The notes under the pieces were generated by a model. That model did no database searches. It was not told the DNA's origin and worked only from the letters and a program-made list of their open reading frames with translations. A stretch of 21,654 nucleotides of DNA from Candidatus Hermodarchaeota archaeon (lineage in GTDB: Archaea; Asgardarchaeota; Lokiarchaeia; Sigyniarchaeales; SOKP01), in contig JBHLLO010000050.1 of the NCBI GenBank assembly GCA_048885535.1, positions 1-21,654 on the forward strand, written 5' to 3'. Below, in pieces: positions 17,045 to 21,654 of the stretch. The position numbers and the translations under genes are program-made. Position 1 is the stretch's first letter. Every line of letters starts with the position of its first letter.

Positions 17045-17364
17045 TTAAAAAATCAACAGTAAAGTGGAACCTTAACAACTACTTATCCTAAAAATAGTTC
17101 AATAAATTGACATTTTCATTAATTTAATTGAACTTAATTTAGTTTTTTATAAATAATAAGAAAAAATTTTTTTGATTTGGTACAAATTTAAAGAAAAGGA
17201 TCGCGGTTTATGATCATAATTAAGATATCCGATAAATAATCATCTGATTAATTTACCATATTGAAAAAATTTCATTAAGCCATGATCGATTTAGATCAAA
17301 AGATTTAAAAGTGTAGATATCTCATTTTGATAATAAAATTCTATTTTGAAATTGGGGATAAAAA

Positions 17365-20133
17365 GTGGAAGGTTCAGTTTTAGTTATTGGTGGGGGCATC
17401 GCTGGAATTCAAACATCGTTAGATCTAACGGAATTAGGGTTTAAGGTATTTTTAGTTGAGAAGGAACCATCAATTGGAGGTCATATGGCCCAATTTGATA
17501 AACTGTTTCCAAAGGATGATTGTAGTCTGTGTATTTTAGCTCCAAAGATGGTTAGTGTCTATAGAAATCCCAACATTGAACTTTTTACATTATCTGAAAT
17601 AAAAGAAGTAAAAGGAAAAGTTGGAAATTTCAAGGTAACTATTGTAAAACGTCCTAGATATGTTGATGAATCCAAATGCAAGGGTTGTGGTGATTGCGCT
17701 AAGCGCTGCCCAAAGATAGAAGTTCCAAATTTATTTGATATGAATTTAGGGAAGAGAAAGTCAATATATATGCTTTTTCCTCAAGCAACTCCTCCTGTAT
17801 ATATGATCGATCCTGAATTATGTTTATATTTAAATAGAGATGTATGTGGAGTGTGTAAAAAGGTATGTAAAGGGGATGCAATTGATTTTGAACAAGAATC
17901 TCAAGAAATTGAGATAGAAGTTGGAGCAATTGTAGTAGCGACTGGATTTGATATGCTTGGTAAAGAGCTCCCCCAAAAATGGGGTTATCAATATAAAAAT
18001 GTAGTTAATGCTTTAGAGTATGAAAGGATACTGTCTCCTACTGGACCTTTTGGACCTCAAATCCTAAGACCTAGTGATGAAGTTGAGCCTGAAAGTATTG
18101 CTTTTGTTCAATGTGCAGGCTCTGGGTATTTAAAAGAAAATGTACCCTATTGTTCCCGTGTTTGCTGTATGTATGTTGCTAAAAATGCTGTGTTAAGTAA
18201 GAATTATGCAGAAAATACTCAAATAACTATATTTAGACATAATATTCGAGTATTTGGAAAAAATTTTTATGATTATACTAAAGCTGCACAAGAAGAATAT
18301 GAAATTAATTACATAAATTCAGAAATCAATTCTATTGAAGAAGATCCCGAAACTAATGATTTGATCATTAATTATGATGATTTAAAAACTGGAGAAAGCA
18401 ATTTATCTTTCCGGGTTAAACTTGTTGTGTTAGCTCCTCCTCTAATTCCTTCAAAAGGTGCCTCAAATTTAGCAAAGATTTTAGGAATTGAACTTGATGA
18501 TTTTGGTTTTTTTAGAGAAACATCGTATTTTAATAAATCGCTTTCTTCTAAAAATGGAATATATCTATGTGGTTTTTGTCAGGGTCCTATGAATATCTCT
18601 GAAACTGTGGCTCATGCTAGTGGAGTAGCTTCACAAGTTGCAACCTTATTAAATTCGGTTAGATATTCCTTGATACGGGAAAAGGAAATTGATATACGTC
18701 CTGAAGAAGAAATCATTGATATTACACCTAGAGCCTTAATAATTGGTGGGGGTATTTCAGGTATGACTGCTGCATTAAATATTAGTAGTCAGGGATTTGA
18801 AGCTGTTATCGTAGAAAGAGAAAACATGTTGGGGGGAAATTTGAATCGGTTACACCAAATATATCCAATAAAGCAAGATCCTTCATCTATCGTTAATGAA
18901 CTAAGAGAAAATGTGGATACCGCGAATAACATCGAAGTATTTCTAAATTCTAAAATTGAGGAAGTGAATGGTTCTATTGGAAAGTATGAAATAGTTATTA
19001 GAAAAACTGACTCTGAAATAAAAAAGATGATTGTAGGAGTTATAATTATAGCTACTGGAAGTCAAGAATTTAAACCTTATGGTTTCTTCCAATATGGTGA
19101 AAACTTTAAAAATATTCTTACTCAAATGGAGTTAGAACAGAGACTAAAAAGTAATGATTTTTCCTGGCTTAAGAATATAAATCATTTCACAACAATTATG
19201 TGTGTTAATGCAAGACAAAAAGGAGGATTCGCATATTGTTCAAATATTTGTTGTAGTAATACTATTAAAAACATTAATATTCTAAAGGAACTAAAACCAG
19301 ATCTTGAGGCGGTTGTGCTTTTTAGGGAACTCCATATGGCTAAAAAGGAATTTGAGGATTATGTAAGTAAAAGGAAGAAGTTAGCTAACTATTTAAAATA
19401 CGATCTAGAAAACATACCAGAGATTATCAACATTAAAGAAAAACCTGAGAAATTTGAAATTAAATTAAGGGATGCCCAAAATACTGAAAAAAGTATAAGC
19501 TTTAAAACTGATTTGATAATTTTATCAACTCCTATGATTCCACCTGAAGGAATAGACGAATTAGCAAATATATTAAATGCCCCCTTAGATAAATTTGGGT
19601 TCTTTATAGAAGCTCATAAAAAGTTACGACCATTGGATTTTTCAGCTCATGGTGTTTTTGTTTGTGGGTGTGCTCAATGGCCAAAAAATATTCAAGACTC
19701 AATTTCAGAAGCGAATGGAGCTGCAGGAAGAGCAAGCAGGTTTTTAAATATAAGAAAAATATCTACAACAAAATTAGAATTGCTTTCATTTTTACTTTCA
19801 ATAGAATGCTTTTTCAAGGATATCAAAGTGAATGCTGAAAAATGCAACGGGTGTGGAAGATGTGTAGAGGTTTGTGAATTTAAGGCAATTTCTCTTAATG
19901 ATCTAAAACAAGAATATGAGGATGTTAGTATTGCTACAAAGAAAGCCTTAATAAATTCAGCTATTTGTAAGGGATGCGGAAAATGTTCAGCAACATGTAG
20001 ATTAAAAGCAATATATCCGCGACATTATGACTTTAAACAAATCTCAGCTATAATTGACCCTTATTTTCTAGGAAAAGTGGAATCTGAACAGATAACCTCT
20101 AATAGTGAAGAATTCTCTCTAATTAAAAGTTAA
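17365..20133 (+). CDS. hdrA: HdrA-like two-FAD-module paralog lacking the internal CHCG Fe-S module
   Basis: Collinear with and highly similar to 11895-14978; both begin MEGSVLVIGGGIAGIQTSLDLTELGFKV. GTG start with a GGGGA SD. Confidence 0.9.
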   Translation: MEGSVLVIGGGIAGIQTSLDLTELGFKVFLVEKEPSIGGHMAQFDKLFPKDDCSLCILAPKMVSVYRNPNIELFTLSEIKEVKGKVGNFKVTIVKRPRYVDESKCKGCGDCAKRCPKIEVPNLFDMNLGKRKSIYMLFPQATPPVYMIDPELCLYLNRDVCGVCKKVCKGDAIDFEQESQEIEIEVGAIVVATGFDMLGKELPQKWGYQYKNVVNALEYERILSPTGPFGPQILRPSDEVEPESIAFVQCAGSGYLKENVPYCSRVCCMYVAKNAVLSKNYAENTQITIFRHNIRVFGKNFYDYTKAAQEEYEINYINSEINSIEEDPETNDLIINYDDLKTGESNLSFRVKLVVLAPPLIPSKGASNLAKILGIELDDFGFFRETSYFNKSLSSKNGIYLCGFCQGPMNISETVAHASGVASQVATLLNSVRYSLIREKEIDIRPEEEIIDITPRALIIGGGISGMTAALNISSQGFEAVIVERENMLGGNLNRLHQIYPIKQDPSSIVNELRENVDTANNIEVFLNSKIEEVNGSIGKYEIVIRKTDSEIKKMIVGVIIIATGSQEFKPYGFFQYGENFKNILTQMELEQRLKSNDFSWLKNINHFTTIMCVNARQKGGFAYCSNICCSNTIKNINILKELKPDLEAVVLFRELHMAKKEFEDYVSKRKKLANYLKYDLENIPEIINIKEKPEKFEIKLRDAQNTEKSISFKTDLIILSTPMIPPEGIDELANILNAPLDKFGFFIEAHKKLRPLDFSAHGVFVCGCAQWPKNIQDSISEANGAAGRASRFLNIRKISTTKLELLSFLLSIECFFKDIKVNAEKCNGCGRCVEVCEFKAISLNDLKQEYEDVSIATKKALINSAICKGCGKCSATCRLKAIYPRHYDFKQISAIIDPYFLGKVESEQITSNSEEFSLIKS

Positions 20134-20141
20134 AAATAAAA

Positions 20142-21374
20142 TCATAAATCTTTTTTATCTTTGTTTTCAGTTTTCTTTGCAGAAGTATAGAGTATTATAA
20201 TTATAAAGATAAGTAAGAAAGAGACTATTAAAACAACTAAGTAGACCATTTCAATACCTCCATAATCATAAATACTATTATATATTATTGGAACAAGAGC
20301 TATTCCGATAAATTGTCCTGCTGTGACTAATCCTGCTAAAGCCCCCCTCCTTTCCTTTGATAAAGTTTGACTATAGAACATCATTGAAGGTAATAGAATA
20401 CCTCCTGCAGCTCCTGTGAAAATTAATCCAATTGTAGTATAGAAAAGAAGGCTTAAATTAGTGATATCTCCCAAGATTAAGAAGATTAAGATACTAATAT
20501 ATAATGAAATCAAACCAGAAATTATTGCAATCTTCACTCCTTTAAGTTTTATAATATTACCAAAAATTACACCAGCTATAGCACCAGTTAATCCTGCTGA
20601 ACCGATGACCCATCCTGTTATGTCTTCTGGTAGTACACCAGTAAAAGCTCTTGAAGTCATAGTAATTATCGCTAAATAAGTTTGAGTAATTAAGAATGCA
20701 GTAAAGATCAAAAATAACACTACAGAGCGACGAATCTCATATGAAATATGCTTTAAAAACAATCGCATTCCAACATTTTGGGGAGATGCTCGGGTTGGTT
20801 GTTTTAAAGCAATTAAAATAATGAATCCAATAAGAGTGATTATAATAAATAATAGATACAAATATTGCCATCCAAGAAAAACAATTTGACCTGCTATTAT
20901 TGGGCCAAAACCTACCCCTAAATTTGCGACAGCACCTAAATACCCCATCTTCTTCGGGATATTTGGACCTTTAGTAATATCTGTCATTAATGCAATTAAA
21001 ACGGGATTTACAAAACCAAAACCAATACCTCCTAAAACATTTGCCACGACATATATTGGTAATGACATAGATAACATTGCAAAAACCATACCTAATCCGA
21101 AGATAGATAATCCGAATAATATTACATTAAAACGCCCTTTAATATCAGAAATCGATCCAGAGAATAACTGAGTAATAGCGAATGGAAACATAAATGAAGG
21201 AATCGCAACAAATATTGCGCTTTCAGCTACACTAAAGTCCACTGAGAGGATTCCAAATAAAACCAATATTACATTTCCAGTTAAGGGTCCTAACGCAAAA
21301 AGGAGATAAATTGTCATCTCAATAAAAATAAAACTTTTAGCGTTCTTACCAGATTTCCTTCCATCTTTTTTCAT
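20142..21374 (-). CDS. Major facilitator superfamily transporter
   Basis: About 12 hydrophobic helices. MFS motif A (GSISDIKGRFNV), GVGFGPIIAG and KERRGALAG. Confidence 0.9.
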   Translation of the reverse strand: MKKDGRKSGKNAKSFIFIEMTIYLLFALGPLTGNVILVLFGILSVDFSVAESAIFVAIPSFMFPFAITQLFSGSISDIKGRFNVILFGLSIFGLGMVFAMLSMSLPIYVVANVLGGIGFGFVNPVLIALMTDITKGPNIPKKMGYLGAVANLGVGFGPIIAGQIVFLGWQYLYLLFIIITLIGFIILIALKQPTRASPQNVGMRLFLKHISYEIRRSVVLFLIFTAFLITQTYLAIITMTSRAFTGVLPEDITGWVIGSAGLTGAIAGVIFGNIIKLKGVKIAIISGLISLYISILIFLILGDITNLSLLFYTTIGLIFTGAAGGILLPSMMFYSQTLSKERRGALAGLVTAGQFIGIALVPIIYNSIYDYGGIEMVYLVVLIVSFLLIFIIIILYTSAKKTENKDKKDL

Positions 21375-21530
21375 AGTAATTCATACTTTCATTTTTATAC
21401 CAGTTAATCTGAATTAAATTTAATATCAATTAAAGGTTTAGGTTATAGAATTATACGTAAAAGACCGGTTTCACGAATTTTTGTTACTTAACACCTAATA
21501 AGAGGTATAAATAAAGCTAAGGATCAATAT

Positions 21531-21654
21531 TCACTCAAGACTTGCTATAGTATCTTCAATAATGGGTATAAAAATTCTCTTTTCCATAAGATCAATAAAA
21601 AGTTTCACTTCAAGAGGATTGATTGCATCTTTATCAATGAAGTCTAAAACTGTA
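21531..21654 (-). CDS. 3' end of an unidentified gene (partial)
   Basis: An open frame from the window edge, TVLDFIDKDAINPLEVKTFIDLMEKRIFIPIIEDTIASLE*, ends in TGA at 21533-21531. Confidence 0.55.
   Translation of the reverse strand, partial: TVLDFIDKDAINPLEVKLFIDLMEKRIFIPIIEDTIASLE

Noticed and set aside
11895-20133. The two large hdrA copies as an assembly duplication
   Set aside because: They differ by many synonymous and amino-acid substitutions and by domain-scale indels, so they are real paralogs.
2262-20679. Short track ORFs overlapping larger genes (e.g. 2262-2516, 5383-5565, 6379-6582, 7450-7632, 8727-9065, 9808-9993, 10405-10602, 10611-10811, 12550-12837, 14651-14860, 15810-16004, 17699-17929, 18943-19125, 20461-20679)
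   Set aside because: They are antisense or out-of-frame to well-supported genes and have no recognisable motifs.
1-21654. CRISPR arrays, tRNA/rRNA genes (including tRNA-Sec), transposases
   Set aside because: By eye I saw no regularly spaced repeats, GC-rich structured RNA genes or transposase motifs. A covariance-model scan was not possible.

Overview
An AT-rich archaeal window, most consistent with an Asgard (Lokiarchaeia-like) genome; this taxonomy is inferred from gene content and SECIS form. The core is a flavin/Fe-S electron-transfer cluster: hdrA(Sec)-mvhD(Sec)-SECIS-frhB-like-frhB-like-hdrD-like-large hdrA-mvhD, with a third hdrA paralog further downstream. The ORF track fragments or misses the first two genes. 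Read through UGA, they give a 647-aa HdrA (5521-7464) with three in-frame UGA codons and a 146-aa MvhD/VhuD (7469-7909) with two. All five UGAs align with conserved cysteines in Cys-containing paralogs in this same window, so they most likely encode selenocysteine. One eukaryote-type SECIS-like hairpin (AUGA...GA core, 7901-7969) follows mvhD and is the only candidate seen for all five UGAs. Flanking genes are a partial HEAT-repeat protein, a DUF998-like membrane protein, an HTH regulator with a divergent SDR, a nucleoside hydrolase, a TPR protein and an MFS transporter.
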